From: Lama guanicoe
Taxonomy: Eukaryota
Assembly: GCA_013239625.1 (NCBI GenBank)
Contig: MU056703.1
Location: 2,593,185 to 2,657,184, forward strand
DNA: 64,000 nt
Direction of reading: 5' to 3'
A program made the translations under genes and the position numbers. The notes beneath the pieces are model-generated. The model saw only the letters and a list, made by a program, of their open reading frames with translations, was not told the DNA's origin and searched no databases. Every line of letters begins with the position of its first letter. Position 1 is the stretch's first letter. This document shows positions 25,012 through 38,415 of the stretch, piece after piece.

Positions 25012-25600
25012 GTGAGAAATGCAGTCTGCATCACGTGTAGTTAGCAGACCACACGGTGATGGTCAGTTTTCATTCTTACACACATGGGGCTCTGGTGGGG
25101 CCTGGCAGCAAAATATGGAGAGAGGCACACTTGTGCGTTTTGTTTGAGCCATGAAATGCATGACTGTTTCAGTAGTTAGCGAGGCTGACTGGTTCCTTCT
25201 AAATGCTCCAACTGCTTTGTGAACACAGCCTCACTAGTCTCTGATAAAAAAAAACTGCTTATGTTTTTCTTTCTTGCTGGTTCTCAAATCCCACTATCCT
25301 GTCTATTACAAAACTCTGTACGCTTGGAGTCCTTGCCTTTTTAACGTGGATCTCATGGTAACTCGCCAGGATGCTGCTCGTTGCGGCCGCAGTGATCCTT
25401 CTTCCTGGTGAAGCTGGAACCCGCTGCGTGTGCCACCAGAACTAGGGCCCTGACAGCTCAGGCGATGTCCTTGTCAAGGGACTGTCAACAAGTTCTCTGC
25501 CCTCAGGAATCCCTTCCCTATTACCTGGCTCCGAGTTCTGACTGCTGAGTTCGCATAGTTTTCCTCATTTAGTTCTCTTACTTCATTGACATTTCCCCAA

Positions 25601-26510
25601 TTTTTAAATTGCAGCAGAATACGCGTAACATAAATTTACCACTTAACCCACTTAAGCGAACTGTTCAGTGGGTGCTAAATACGTTCAGAATGCTGTCACC
25701 ACCACTCATTCCCACAAGCCATTTCATCTTATGGAGCTGAATCTCTTTCCCACTAAACACTGACTCTTCCCTCAGCAACATCCGCTCTGTTTTTTGTCTG
25801 TTTTTGGTTGTTCTGGGCACCATACGTATGTGGACTCATACATGTCTTCTCACATCTGCTTATTTTACCGAGTGTGGTATCTTCAAGTTTCATCCACATT
25901 GAAGTATATATCAACTCCTTTTTAAGGCTGCGTTCCTATTTCACGGTACATACAGACCACATTTTGCTATCCGTTCACCCGTCAACAGACACTTGAGTTG
26001 CTCCCACATTTTAGCTGTTGTGAGTGATGCTGCTGTGAACGTGGGTGCACAGACGTCTCTTCAAGACCTTGCGCAGTTCGTTTACATGCATTCCCAGAAG
26101 TGGAGTTGTTGGGTCAGAGGGTAGTTATGTTTTTAATTTGGGGGGGTTGCCATACTGTTTCTCACTGTAGCCGTCCCATTTTACTGCCTCACCAGCAGTG
26201 CACAGTTGCAGTTTCTCCACATCCTTGTCAGCACTTAACTTATTTTCTGTTGTTTTTTTCAGTAGTGGTCATCCTAATGGATGTGAAATAGCATCACATT
26301 GTGATTTTGATTTGCATTTCACTGAAGATTGGTGATGCTGAGCATCCTTTCATGTGATTATTTGCCATTTGTATCTTTTCTTTGAGAAATTTCTGTTCAA
26401 GTCCTTTGCCATTTTGAATGCATTGTTTCCTTGTTGAGTTTTATAAATTCCCTATGTATTATGGGCATCACTCCCTTGTCAGATAAACGATTTACAAGTA
26501 TCCCTGCAGG
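25601..26510 (-). mobile_element. L1MA/MB-like 3' region
   Basis: taacataaatttaccac ... gtagtggtcatcctaatggatgtgaaatagcatcacattgtgattttgatttgcattt ... ctgttcaagtcctttgccattt, typical antisense L1. Confidence 0.8.
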
Positions 26511-27059
26511 ATGTCCTAGTGCTTCCCAGGTCTGCTTCTGGAGCACGCTCCTGCTCACGGCAGCTAGTGTGAGCCGAAGTGTGCCCCAGGCGTGGGCACT
26601 CCACGCCAGCCAAAGCAGGACCGTGGTGGCAGGGAAACCTGCTAAAAGCGTCACAGACACATCCTTAAAATAAATATCCTGGCCTCATCCCTGACTCCTC
26701 CACCTGCTCTCAGGGATGTGTCTGCTCTCAGTGTCTCCTTCAGAGCAGTGTTAGAGTTTGTTGTTTTGGGCTTTTGGAAAACTAATTCTTTATCCAAGTA
26801 CAAGGTTGCGGGAGTCTCTCTTACTAAAAGATTCTGGAAAGGCATTCCAGCTTGGGCTCTGTGATGTTGACAGGTCCAAGATTGGAATGAACTCAGGGAT
26901 CAACATTCACCTTTCCTAGTTGCTTTTTTCTTAACCTGTTAGCTTTCTGGTCACTACACTGAAATCCTTGCCCCTGAGAGCCCAGACACCTCTGAGCCCC
27001 ACCCCCGGGGGGTGAGGATGGCCCTCTGTTGTCTCTGACCTGGTACTCGCCGGCCCTGC

Positions 27060-27200
27060 AGTTGTCAGGTCTCCCAACTTCCCAGTAGATGGCAAGCTCC
27101 TGAGGGCAGAGGCCACGTCCTCCTTTCCACATCCCAGTCGCTGACCCGGTGCCCGACGCACACAAGTGCTCTGGCAGCATGTTAGTGCCTGCTGAGCTGA
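27060..27200 (+). mobile_element. LINE-2 3' end
   Basis: tagatggcaagctcctgagggcagaggccacgtc...cggtgcccgacgcacacaagtgctc. Confidence 0.65.
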
Positions 27201-28431
27201 GCTGGAGTTCATTTCTCAAGCTGTGAGTGGCACCTGCACCGAGCAGGGTTCACTGAAGGTCTGTTTCAGATGCTGATCTGAGAATGTGGATCGTTCTGGC
27301 AGTTGGGATCTTACTGACTCCTCCTGATGCTGCAGGCAGTAGGTTGGAGGAATGTTTGATAAACCTAGCCTTGTTTCTTCTTTAAACAAGTGTTGTGGCT
27401 TTGAAAACAAACTGAAAAGAACTGCTCATGTGTTAGATTGTAGAGTAATCTTACATTGCCTTGTATGAACTCAGTAAAATATCCACGACGAAGCTGTCTT
27501 CTGGGCAGGGCTTCGCACAGCGACCCGACAAGCGAGGATGCACGTCTCTCCGCAGCTCTGGGTCTCTCTTCTCTTTCCCTGCAGTGGCTGGTGAGCGCTC
27601 TCCCATGCCTGTGGCTGGATTCCCGGGACTCTGTGCTGCCCCACCTTGGTCCCTTCCGCAGCCCAGCCCTGGGGGGGGCGCGCACGCCGCACTGGCGGGA
27701 GCGTGTTCAGGACCGTGAACTTGTGCTACCTTGACTCTCCCCACCTCCCCGGATCCTACTGACTAGAAAGCCTCTGTGAGAAAGCTGGTTTTCATTGGCT
27801 TCATTTTGCAGTGCTCTAACAGAATTCCCATCACATACTGACTGTAGTGGGACTGGTTCTTGGGATCGGAGAGGCTCTTTCCTGTGGCCTCACGGAGAGG
27901 GAGTGAGGTTGGGTCTTGCTGCCGTCGGATGGTCGGCACGCCTCAGTGCACAGGCGTGTGTGGTCTGCAGCAGACCTTTACCTTTTGAGCCTCGTTTCCT
28001 GATCCTTGAGACGGGAGTCGGACGTGCAGTGCGCTCTGCTGGCGCCCCTGTGGCACAGCGGGTGCGGTGCTGGTGGGCCGCGGAGAGGGATGCAAACGCT
28101 CGTGCACCCCCGACTTCATGGGGTGCAGGGGCCGTTGCAGCAGGACCGCCACTCAAGTGCAAGACGTCCTCACTTCGCTTCCTAGGGTTTCTAGGTGCCG
28201 AGGGACCCGGAAGGTTTGCTTGTGGTTTGCTGGTTGAAAGTGAGAAGACTAATGAGAATGCCAGCAGCCCACTCTCTGCTAACAGAGCCAAAGCTTGGCC
28301 ACAGTGGCCCTCTGTTCTGGAGTCACCTGTGGGCGTCGGACGCCAGGTCCTGTGCACCTGGTGTGGCCTGTTCTGTTCCAGGTGTCCCTGAGTGGGTGTC
28401 TGTGCACTGATGCGGCCTTGCTGTCTTGCAG

Positions 28432-28562
28432 ATGTCGCACGCAGCCACCAGTGCCTTCTGCCGTTCCATTAAGCTGCAGTGTGAGCTCTACCCCTCTAGG
28501 GAAGTGGCCATCTGCTTGGACCCTTACTGTGGACTCGGGTTTGTGCTCTGGTGCCTCTGCAG
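28432..28562 (+). CDS. DIP2C: DIP2C coding exon (~29), MSHAATSAFCRSIKLQCELYPSREVAICLDPYCGLGFVLWCLC
   Basis: cttgcag acceptor, gtgagt donor, 131 nt; translated by hand. Confidence 0.95.
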
Positions 28563-28839
28563 GTGAGTTTCCTCTTGTGGGTCTTTACAGTGATAAACAC
28601 ACCACACAACCTTTTCCACACCACTTGTGGAGGAATGCTAGTGTCTGGGGAGGGCCGCCGCCTGCAGGAGGGGCTGCTTGCAATGGGGCCTCCCCTCAGC
28701 CCTGCTCCCAGGGTGCCGGGGAGCGCTGGCTGTGGTCTCCACGTCCTCCGTGGAGCTGCTGAGGCCAGCAGAGATGCAGTCTGCACCCATTCCCAGAAGC
28801 TGTCTGTGGGGAATCCATCAGGAGATAGTTTATCAAAAA

Positions 28840-29600
28840 TAGCAAAAACCAATAATTACTTGAAAAGATTCTTAACGCTTACTAGGAAAGGCAGACTAAA
28901 GCCAGTGAGATACCACTTCACACCCACTGAAGGCTGTAACCAGAAAGACAAAAAGTAATGAAGTTAGAAGACTCAGCTTCCACGCTTTCAAAACTGTGCT
29001 GTAAAGCATGGTAACCAGGGGTGTGCAGAAACTGCAGTTCTCACACATTGTCATGGGAATATAAAATAGTGAAACCACAGTTTAGCATGTCCTTAAAAAT
29101 TAAACAGATCTACCACATGACCAAAAAGTTCCTCTCCTGGGTATCTACCAAAGAGAAGGGAAAACGTATGTCCATACAGGCTAGAGGCTTGAAATGTTAT
29201 AACAGCCTTCATTAAAAGAAAACAAAAGGAAACAATCCAAATATCCACCAGCTGGTGGATGGGTTTGTCGTACCCACACAGTGGGATTCAGCTACAGCAT
29301 GGATGGACTTCAGAAGCATTGTGCCACGTGAAGCGCGTATGATGTGATTGTATCACATGGTGCCGTTGATGGAAATGTTCAGAAAAGGCAGATCCGTAGA
29401 GATGGAGAGCCGGCCGGCTGACTGGCCAGAGCTGAACGCGGGGCTGACTGCAGGGAATCGAGGCACACCTTAGGGGGACGGAGTGTTTCACAGCTGCGTT
29501 GCGGTGGCTGTGGGGACCAAGTTCTTTCAGTTCTCTGCTGAAAACGGGCAGGTTTATGTTACGCAGATTACATCTAAGTAAAAGAATTTTTAAAAAGAAA
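28840..29600 (+). mobile_element. L1M ORF2 end and 3' UTR fragment
   Basis: gtgagataccacttcacacccact ... ggaaacaatccaaatatccac ... gctacagcatggatggacttcaga. Confidence 0.75.
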
Positions 29601-29859
29601 ACACCTTTCCTTGCGGTAGCTGGAGTGCAGGGTGCCCACACGAGCCTGCCAATTCAGGAGGCTGACCCACGTGACACCCGCAGGGTGACGTGTGATCGTG
29701 AGTCACACGACTGCCTTGCTCACGGTGCCCAAGCTGCAGTAGTACCTATCTTTGTATGTTTCGTTAGGCTAACACTCTGAAATCATTGAATCGTTCCAAA
29801 TGTGCAAATTTATGTTAGTTACCAAAATGTCTTTTTTCCTCTCCTGGTCAACCGTGTTT

Positions 29860-30088
29860 TATTTTTCTTTTTTCATCTAGACTGTATTCTTCAGAACAGT
29901 ATTAGGTTCCCAACAAAACTAAGTGGAAGGTACAGAGATTTCCCATACATGCCCTGCCCCCAACAGCTTTCCCCATTATCGACATCTCCCGCCAGAGCGG
30001 TACATTTTCTACAATCTAGGAACCTACATTGACGCATTACCATCCCAGAGTCCATAATTTACATTGGGGTTCACGCTTGGGGTTGCAC
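29860..30088 (-). mobile_element. L1MC-like 3' terminus
   Basis: T-rich tail then agtggaaggtacagagatttcccata ... gaacctacattgac ... agtccataatttacattggggttcac. Confidence 0.75.
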
Positions 30089-30500
30089 AGAGCCCAGAAA
30101 TAGACCCATGTGTGAACAGTCAACTGGTCTTCACAGAAGCTCAAAGGCAGTACAGTGGAACAAAGACGATCTTGTCAACACGTGTTGCTGGAACAACTGG
30201 ACATCCACATGGAAAAAAATGAATCTAGATGCAGATGTTACAGCCTTCACAAAAGTCAGCTCAGAATGGACCATAGACCTGAATGTGAAGCATGAAGCTA
30301 TGCAGCTCCTGGAAGGTCACCTAGGAGAGGTCTCGGCGAGCTTGGGCTCAGCAGTGCCCTCTTATACATGACACCAAAGGCATGGCCCACGAAAGAAGGA
30401 GCTGACAGGCAGGACATCGCTAAAATGACACGTTTCTGTTCAAGACCCTGTTGAGAGAACAGAAAGGCAGGCCACAGCCTGGAGAAAGCGTTTCCAAAGA
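30089..30500 (+). mobile_element. L1 ORF2 fragment, inverted relative to the adjacent 3' terminus
   Basis: ORF 30108..30371 QWNKDDLVNTCCWNNWTSTWKKMNLDADVTAFTKVSSEWTIDLNVK is recognisable L1 ORF2 C-terminal sequence. Confidence 0.8.
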
Positions 30501-33500
30501 GCTCTTTAAATTATTTTACTGCTTTTGAAGTTAAGAGCTAAACTAGGATAGCTCAGGTTCCAGAAAGTCACAGGAGATACTCTTCACTGTGCGCAGCCGG
30601 TCGTTAAGTGTGTGTGGGGGGGTGTTCGTTGCCAAGAGATCAGTGTTGGTTAATAAAGGAAACAACGAGTCAATTTCTGTTGGATTAAGCCAAAAACAGG
30701 CAAGTAGAAAACTGATGAGTCAGATTTTCTGTTTGTCCTCAATTATTAGGATTTAATGATTTTTTTTTAACGTTGACTTCCATCCTCCTTAGGAGCGTGA
30801 GGAAGGAGGTGAAGCTGTGTCTGATTTTCACAGGTGTGCTTCTGTTCTCCAGCCGTGAGCTCCAGCCCTCTCATGTGCTGACGGTCTGATCAAGGACGTC
30901 ACTTACCCTGATGTATGTTCTTGAGAAAGCTGGCAGTGGGTGATCTGTATTTTGCTTTCTTCATCTTGGACCTCCTCATGATGGTATTTACAAAGTAAAA
31001 CGCTGGGAATCACATGAAAGTGATAGGCAGTCATAATGAAGAAGACTGTTAGCACTGTTGACTCCCTGAGATACGGGGCTCCAATGTCATTAACTGGATT
31101 TGGTCCCAGCCTGAAACTGTAAAATCCTGGATGACAGAGTAGCTATGTAAATTGGCACTGCAATAAAAGTCATGCAGGGAAATGCAATTCAGGTGTTACT
31201 GTTAACCCTGATTCATGAACGGGTTGAGTAACACTTGATGCTGACAGAAAACCGTGCCCCAACACTTCCCAGTGGTAAAAGGCATGTTTCCCGGTGGATA
31301 ATTACGATTTATATGTCATGTGATGCTCAGGTTTGTTAGATTTTGGGCTGTTAACCTGGTGTTACGATCCCATTTTTGACTCAGGATGTTCTTTTAATAA
31401 CCATTCCGCAGAGGTAAATTTTCCATTATTTTTATTTCTTCCTGCTTAATGCTGCCTCGAGGCTTCTGATTGCAGTTTGCTCTAACTCGGGGTCATGCAG
31501 ATGTGGTGTGCAGACTGATTCCTGAGGACCGTGCTGCCAAGGGCAGAGGGTCAGACTGCCCCTGTGGAGCAGAGCAGAGCACAGCCTCCGGGGAGCCGTC
31601 CTCACGGGGACACCGGTGCTTGCACCAGGGTTCTCGAGGCAGGGGTCTTTGCGACCGAAGGGAGAGTGCTGGGTCCCTCTTAGCTCTCATGGCCCCTGGA
31701 AAAAGACGACGTGTCCAGACATGGCCCGCAGGACCTCTATGTGAGGGGCAGCCCCGGAAGCACTGTCGGGGCTGAAGGGTGTCAGTTTGTCTTCAGGGCC
31801 CGAGGTGTGTTCTTGGAAGGTTGAGAGCAGTGTGCTGGTGTTCATCTGGCTTTCTCAATTAGATGGCAGCTCTGATTTTAAAGCCCCTCAGTGTGGAACA
31901 CAAGGACTTGCGGATGAAAGTTTGTTTTCACAAGCTGCGAGGGCTAAGCTGAACGTGTATGCAAGTGTGTTCGATAGGGTGTTACTTGCAGTAAGCAGTT
32001 GTTTGACCAGAGTGTCAGTATTTTGAAACGTAGCTGTATTTGTTGTACTATTATTTGCTCTCTTGAGTAAGTGATCTTTAAAGGCCTAAATTAATTTCCC
32101 AAGGACGAATCTTAGAGAAAAGTTGACAGAATTTTGAGTTACAGTTATTGGAGTAGGATCTTACTGACTTTTATACATTGACTGTACAAATAATTTTTAT
32201 GCCTTTCCATGGGGCTCCATTGGAGTGTGCAGTTTTGTATATTATGTGCCTAACAAAACTTTCACATCAGCAGGATTTCTCAGGAAATGTGGAAGTCTGG
32301 GGCGTGATAATCCCTTCTCCTGATTACTGAGAGCAGTCAGTACGTCCTCAGAGCTCTTTGAAGTGCGTCTGAGCTCGATTGAGACCCAGTTCTTACTCTC
32401 TTCTAGAGTTTCACTTAGTTCTTTAAATATAGGCGTCCCTGTTTTCAGATTATCAAATTTTATTACTCAGAAGGATTAAGTAAAATCCAAAAAATCCCCA
32501 AATCCCCACTGACAGAATTTCCACCTGATTATCCAGCATGCTTCCTAGAATAACACTTACGTTTCATCCCCACACATTGGTGGTTGGTCGTCTGATGTTT
32601 TGATATATTAAACTCCAGTAGGAGAATCTAAAGCAAATGTATGACTTAGGTTTTCCAGGACAGGAGTGTGTGTGTGTGACATTCTGTGGGAGCGAGTGTC
32701 GTGAGAACTGGCAGGCGGGGGGAGGGATGCCTGTGTCCTGTGCCTGCCCCGCCCCTGTTAGCCTCCTGGTGTGTTTGCTCCTGTGCACTTCCTGCTTCAC
32801 AGCTGTGGTCGTAGTTTGTGTGTGGTTCCACATCCTGCCTTCTCCTTTTAATACTAGAAATGGGAAGCTTTTAGACATGCTTCTTGGATTTAAGTTTTGT
32901 GGAACCTGTCTTTAGAACCCAAGTTAGAACATGTCTGCCAGTAAATCCCTTTCATTCCCTGAAAGGACTGCATTGTTCACAGTGCTCCAGACGGGGAGCG
33001 TAGCACCCCTGGAAAGCCAGTGTTTCCATTTGCGAACCAGAAAGGTCCTCGTGAGGTGGGGTTGGCGGGAGAGGTTTGTCGGGGTCACACCTGTGGAGGT
33101 GAAAAGGAGCAGAGGATTGGACAGGGTGCGCCCGGGAGCCAGCCCCATGCAGAGCTTCTGAGCGAGGGAGTGAGGACCACGGGTTGGGTAGGGGGTCTGC
33201 CGGCCAGGCCTCAAGCCCCCACCTCGCATCACAGGCTGTTCCTTCCTGAAGGGACACCTGAGGGGCTCTCCCGCCCCTCCTCAGCTAAGGCGTTTGTATG
33301 AAGGGAAAACATGGTACTTATTCTGATGTATCCAAAGAGCATGTCAGTTACTTGTATGTACAGACGTAGTCTGAGAACCTGCTTTTCGCAGTTCTTGCTT
33401 GTGATCTTCACTTGCTCGGCTGGGATCCCCAGGGTGGTGGCGGGAAGGTGGGCAGAACCTCAGAAAACCTTCAGCTGCAGGCGTGTGATTGCTCTGCGCC

Positions 33501-33899
33501 CCTTACTCGCCCCTCCCTTGAAGAAGCCTCTCCTTTCAGGGGAGACAGCGGTGTAAACGGGCTTCTGTTGCTCTGCCGTACCCGTGGCATGTGAGTGTGC
33601 CGAGACGCCTGAACAGACTCGGTGAGCCCGTGCGGTGGATGCTCTCCAGCACAGAGTTGTTGAAGTGACGTGGCAACATCTTCTTTGACTTACTCTGACG
33701 TCCCTTCAGATGAGAGCAGAATAATGAGCATTCCCGGCGTGTGCAGCCTACACAACTTCAAGTAATGACTCAAGGGAGGACCAGAGCAGCACGACAGCAC
33801 CAGCTCTCAGGGCCAACCACCCGCTGCGGGTGGATTTTTACACTTCTGAATCTTCGTTTTCAACAGATGCCTTAAGATTCCTCAGTGATACAATGAAAG

Positions 33900-34707
33900 C
33901 CAATTGTATTTTTAAATGGGCGGAGGAGTTGATTAGAGATCCCTCCGGAGACAACGTACAGGTGGCCAATAAGCACACGACAGGGTGCTCAGCATCATGG
34001 GTCATTCAGGGGAGTGCAAGTCAGACCCACAGGGAGGAGCCACGTCACCCCAGCTGGGACGGCGAAACTCAGGAAACAGAAACTGGCAGGTCGGGTAGGA
34101 TGTGGAGAGACTGGGATCTTTGTAATTGCCAGCAGGAATGTAAAATGGTGCAGTTCCTCAAAAACTTAAATGTGGAATTACTGTATGATCTTTTGGGCAT
34201 ATACCCCGAAGAATTAAAAACAGGGACTTAAACAGATACTTGTGCACTCATGTTCATGGCGTTATTCACAACGGCCAAAAGGTGGAAGCCACCCAGGTGT
34301 CCACTGAGGAATGAACGGATAAACAAAACGTGGCGTCTGCACTCCTTGGGGCGTCACTCAGCCTTGGAGAGGACGGACACTCTGACACAGGCTGCAACGT
34401 GGAAGAACCTTGAAGACCACGCTGAGTGAAACGGTCCAGTCAGAAGAGGACAGAGATTGTGCTTCCCCTAAATATCCGGAATAGGCAAATTCGGAAGCAG
34501 AGTAGATGGGAGGTCGCCAGAGATGGGTGTGGTGATGGGAGTTTGTTTTAATGGGCACAGAACTTCTGCTTGTGATGATGCAAAGTTCTGGACGTAAATA
34601 CCGTGGTGGTTGCACAACATCGTGAATATAATTAACGCCACTGAAGCACACGTTTAAGATGGTCAGATGGTAAATCTTGTGTGTATTTTACCACAATAGG
34701 ATTTTTT
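33900..34707 (+). mobile_element. L1MB-like ORF2 end and 3' UTR
   Basis: ORF 33830..34231 ends ...LKNLNVELLYDLLGIYPEELKTGT; 3' UTR ends at tattttaccacaat. Confidence 0.8.
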
Positions 34708-34856
34708 AAATCTTTCTTTTATTGAAGTAGAGTCAGTTTACAATGTGTGTCAGTTTCTGGTGTACAGCACAGTGCTTCAGTCATACATGAATATACATTT
34801 TTTTCATATTCTTTTTCACTGTGAGCTACTGCAAGATACTGAGTATAGTTCCCTGT
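34708..34856 (-). mobile_element. Short 5'-truncated younger L1 with target-site duplication
   Basis: ttttattgaagtagagtcagtttacaatg...tatagttccctgt, flanked by cacaataggattttt and cacagcaggattttt. Confidence 0.8.
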
Positions 34857-36184
34857 CACAGCAGGATTTTTAAAACGAAGACCAAAAACAAGCCGCTCGT
34901 GCAGTAGAGTAATACTTGAGGATGGACACCTCCCTTAGTGACTCATCTCCTGGTCTTCAAATAATGTTGCTCTATGAAAAGATCACAGAAAAAGCCAACA
35001 TTTGCTGTCTTTCTTCCTGACAAAAATAAACAGAACTTTGGAACAGAGGAATAAAGAAAGAAATGGAAATTTGCCCCAAAATGCTTTTTGTCACATTCCC
35101 TGAAGGATAGTTTTCCTTCTAAGGGCTCTGTTTAAAGCAGATTTTGTAAGCCAACTTAATTTCATTCCTTCTTTTAACCAGTTGGATTCACTTGTTAATA
35201 AACAATTTTGAAAATTAAAAAATGAGATTGGCCTTATTAGAGAAGAATTGGCTTTAGGGTCAGAGCATAGCAGTCAAGGGGCTTAATGTGCTGTTTCATC
35301 CATGAGAGTTTTTATAGCTAGAAAGTTCCCTTTACTTAAATCTTAGAAGGTGGCTTATGTAGGATATTCTGTTATTAGCACATGACCTTTATTCACGTCG
35401 ATTTGTAGTCGTAAACCATACAAAATTAAAACCATTAAGAATATAGTTTGGCAAATACTTCATTATTTTGGAACCACACTTGCCTCATCAATTAGTGGTG
35501 GATCAAAATACATAGCCGCTGGGTTCTCTCAGTGTGCTCTCTAAAGGCAAGATTAAAGAATGATTTTGTTTTCCTTAGTTCCATTTGGTGATCTGTTTGA
35601 ATCATTCTGAAGTAGAATTACAAACCTAATTCTTCTGATTGTTTTAGTTTCCTTTTATTTACTCTGGAAGTCAGGTTTCTGAACCAGGGTTGGGCACGCT
35701 TTCCCTCATGTGGCAGTTTGATAAATGCTCGGGCTCCGTGCTCTCTGTTGGGACCGGTCAGCTCTGTCCGTTGGTGGGGAAGCCGCCGCAGGTGGTGTTT
35801 GAAGGAATAGAGGGCCACATCCCAGTAAAACGTTATTTACAAAACCAGGCAGCACCTAGTGTGACTCCTATTCTGAACTTCCAGACCTTTTTATCAAGAG
35901 TCAGTCCTAGTTCCCACTGGGAGAGAGCCCAGTCTGTAAACGCAGCAGCTCTAAGAGACGCCTCACAGCATCGCAGCTCTGGGGTGTTTCAGTGAGTGCT
36001 CGGAGTGGTGGCGGCTGTGGGTCATAGCCCCATAGTCTTTTGAGCTTTTCAGAATGTTTTTGTAAACATACTGTATTTACAAATACCTGAGAGTAGAGTT
36101 GGCGTGACTGTCCCCCTCCTGCAGATGGACAGTGCAGGCTGGTCCCATCTCCATCCTCACAAGCCCTCGCGTCTCTCTCTGCAG

Positions 36185-36353
36185 CGTGTACTCTGGGCAC
36201 CAGTCCATCCTCATCCCGCCTGCAGAGCTGGAGACCAACCCTGCCTTGTGGCTTCTTGCCGTGAGTCAGTACAAGGTCCGGGATACGTTTTGCTCCTATT
36301 CAGTGATGGAACTTTGTACCAAGGGGCTGGGCTCGCAGACAGAATCCCTCAAG
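36185..36353 (+). CDS. DIP2C: DIP2C coding exon (~30), SVYSGHQSILIPPAELETNPALWLLAVSQYKVRDTFCSYSVMELCTKGLGSQTESLK
   Basis: ctctgcag acceptor, gtaagc donor, 169 nt; within ORF 36132..36521. Confidence 0.96.
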
Positions 36354-37359
36354 GTAAGCAGCCCTCAGAGTGCCCGGGGCACTTGCCAGCATCCTGGGAA
36401 AGTGCAGTGTCGGGGGGTCAGCGGGGTGTTGAGGTTACTTGGTCCTTCAGGGAAGCAGACTGGGATCCTCTGTCACCTGAAGTTTACAACATTGTTTTCA
36501 CGTGAAAACCTCGTTCTGTAACATGAGTACTTTCTCGCTGCCACAGAGTTACAGGTCTGAGTGTCTGGTTTTGGTATGTTCAGTTCTGCTGGAGCCCCTC
36601 AGAGGGCCCTGATTGCTTTTTCGTTTGTTGGTGGAGTCAGTTCCTGAGCACTGTTGGTCCTGTTCCAAGGCTGGGCTCGAGCTGTAGGTCTGCATTCACC
36701 GCTGATTGCATCCTCCTTGGAGACCCCGACTGGGAGGCCGGGCTCAGCGAGCAGCGCCCGCTTTGTTTCTTAGTCTGTAGTCCCTGTGTGCGACAGCGAT
36801 CTCACTTCCCTCGTTTAAACCAAACACACTTCGATAGACTTATTTTCATGGTAAATTAGGGGGTTCTTGTCCAAGTAACCAGGAGAAAGTAACCATACAG
36901 CCCACTCGGGTTTGCATTCCAGCTGTTCACTGTTCATGTGATTAGGTACGTGCGCCTGTGTGTGTCAGACAGGTGACACACACGCACACATTATCTGTGA
37001 ACATGCCGTCAGCAAAGCAGTGTATTTATCTCTTCTGAGGTTTGTTCTCCTATCCAGACCTAATGCATTGAGCTTGAACAAGAAAGCAAAATGCAAGATA
37101 ACTTTGATATTAAGCTACATGAGTAAGTGTATAATTAGTTGAAGTTACATACTTATACAGAGAAAGGAATACATAAAACATTATCATTACTCACGTCCAC
37201 CTGTATTATGTTATGAAATGGTTGAGTATGTTTCATGAACTCTCCCTGCCTGTGCATCTGTAAGGAACCCAGTGAACTAAGATGTCTGAGCACTTCGTGT
37301 GTTGACTGACTTAGATGTGACAGCAGCTCTCTGAAACAGAAACCACTGCTGTATGCACT

Positions 37360-37460
37360 TCAGAGATGAGGAAGCTTGGGTCACAGAGAAATGAAGCACC
37401 CTTTCCGGGTCCTTACATTTGCTAAGCTTTGGACCCAAATTTTGATCCCTGGCCCCAGGT
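37360..37460 (-). mobile_element. MIR fragment
   Basis: ttcagagatgaggaagcttgggtcacagagaaatgaagcacc, antisense MIR core. Confidence 0.5.
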
Positions 37461-38244
37461 CCACCATCCCGGAGCCCAGGCTCATCGGCCCCAAGACGCA
37501 CTCGTGTGTAAGGGACCGTTTGTACTCTGGGACTTCAGTTTTCCCGTGTAGCTGTGCACGTAGGAGCTCATACCTGTTTCAAGTTTCAGTGTCGCCGTTA
37601 CCTCAACTTGGGTCCTTGCTCAGCCCAGGAGCCCTCGTCCGCTCCGGGCTGCCTGACGCCCCGCCGGGCGACGGTCCCGCGTGAAGCTGGAGGCCGCGAC
37701 CTCTTCACTCTCCCTCGGTGCCGCCCAGGCGGTGCTGTGCTTCACGCACTCAGCTCCCCTCCTCTGAGTCTGGCCATTTTGCCCACTTGATGGCATTTGG
37801 TGCAGAACTGAGGTGTCCTTCATCTCAGGACAAGAAAAGAGAGCTGTCTTCAGGAGCGCCAAACACCTTAGTTCCTCGTTCCTGTGTTGAAAGCAGGGTT
37901 CTCACCGCCTCCGGCGCGTGCTCCTGTTCGTCCGTGCTCGCGGGGTGTCTGCCGCTGCTTCCGCTCTTCCCCAAACCCTGTCCTTGAGTGACGCTATCCA
38001 GGACCTTGCCTTCCTGCATCCTTCTCCTCCTCGTGCTCTTGTATTGTTTAAAACAAGTTTTTAACGGCATCCCTGACAATCCAGTGTGGGTGGGCTTGTT
38101 TACACAGATGTCCTAGAGCCTTCAGTTGATGGCATGGACACGAGAGCCCTGGGAGTGAGTATCTGAGTGGCGTTTCTGTTGCTGTGCGGGTCTGCTGGTC
38201 ACACCCCAGCGCTGGCAAGGCTGACCTGCTGTCACTGTTCCTAG

Positions 38245-38415
38245 GCCCGAGGACTGGACTTGTCCCGCGTGCGGACCTGCGTGGTGGTGGCGGAAGAGCG
38301 GCCCCGGATAGCACTCACCCAGTCCTTCTCAAAGCTGTTCAAGGACCTGGGCCTCCACCCACGGGCCGTTAGCACCTCGTTTGGCTGTCGGGTGAACCTG
38401 GCCATTTGCTTGCAG
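38245..38415 (+). CDS. DIP2C: DIP2C coding exon (~31), ARGLDLSRVRTCVVVAEERPRIALTQSFSKLFKDLGLHPRAVSTSFGCRVNLAICLQ
   Basis: ttcctag acceptor, gtgagt donor, 171 nt, ends in phase 0. Confidence 0.96.
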
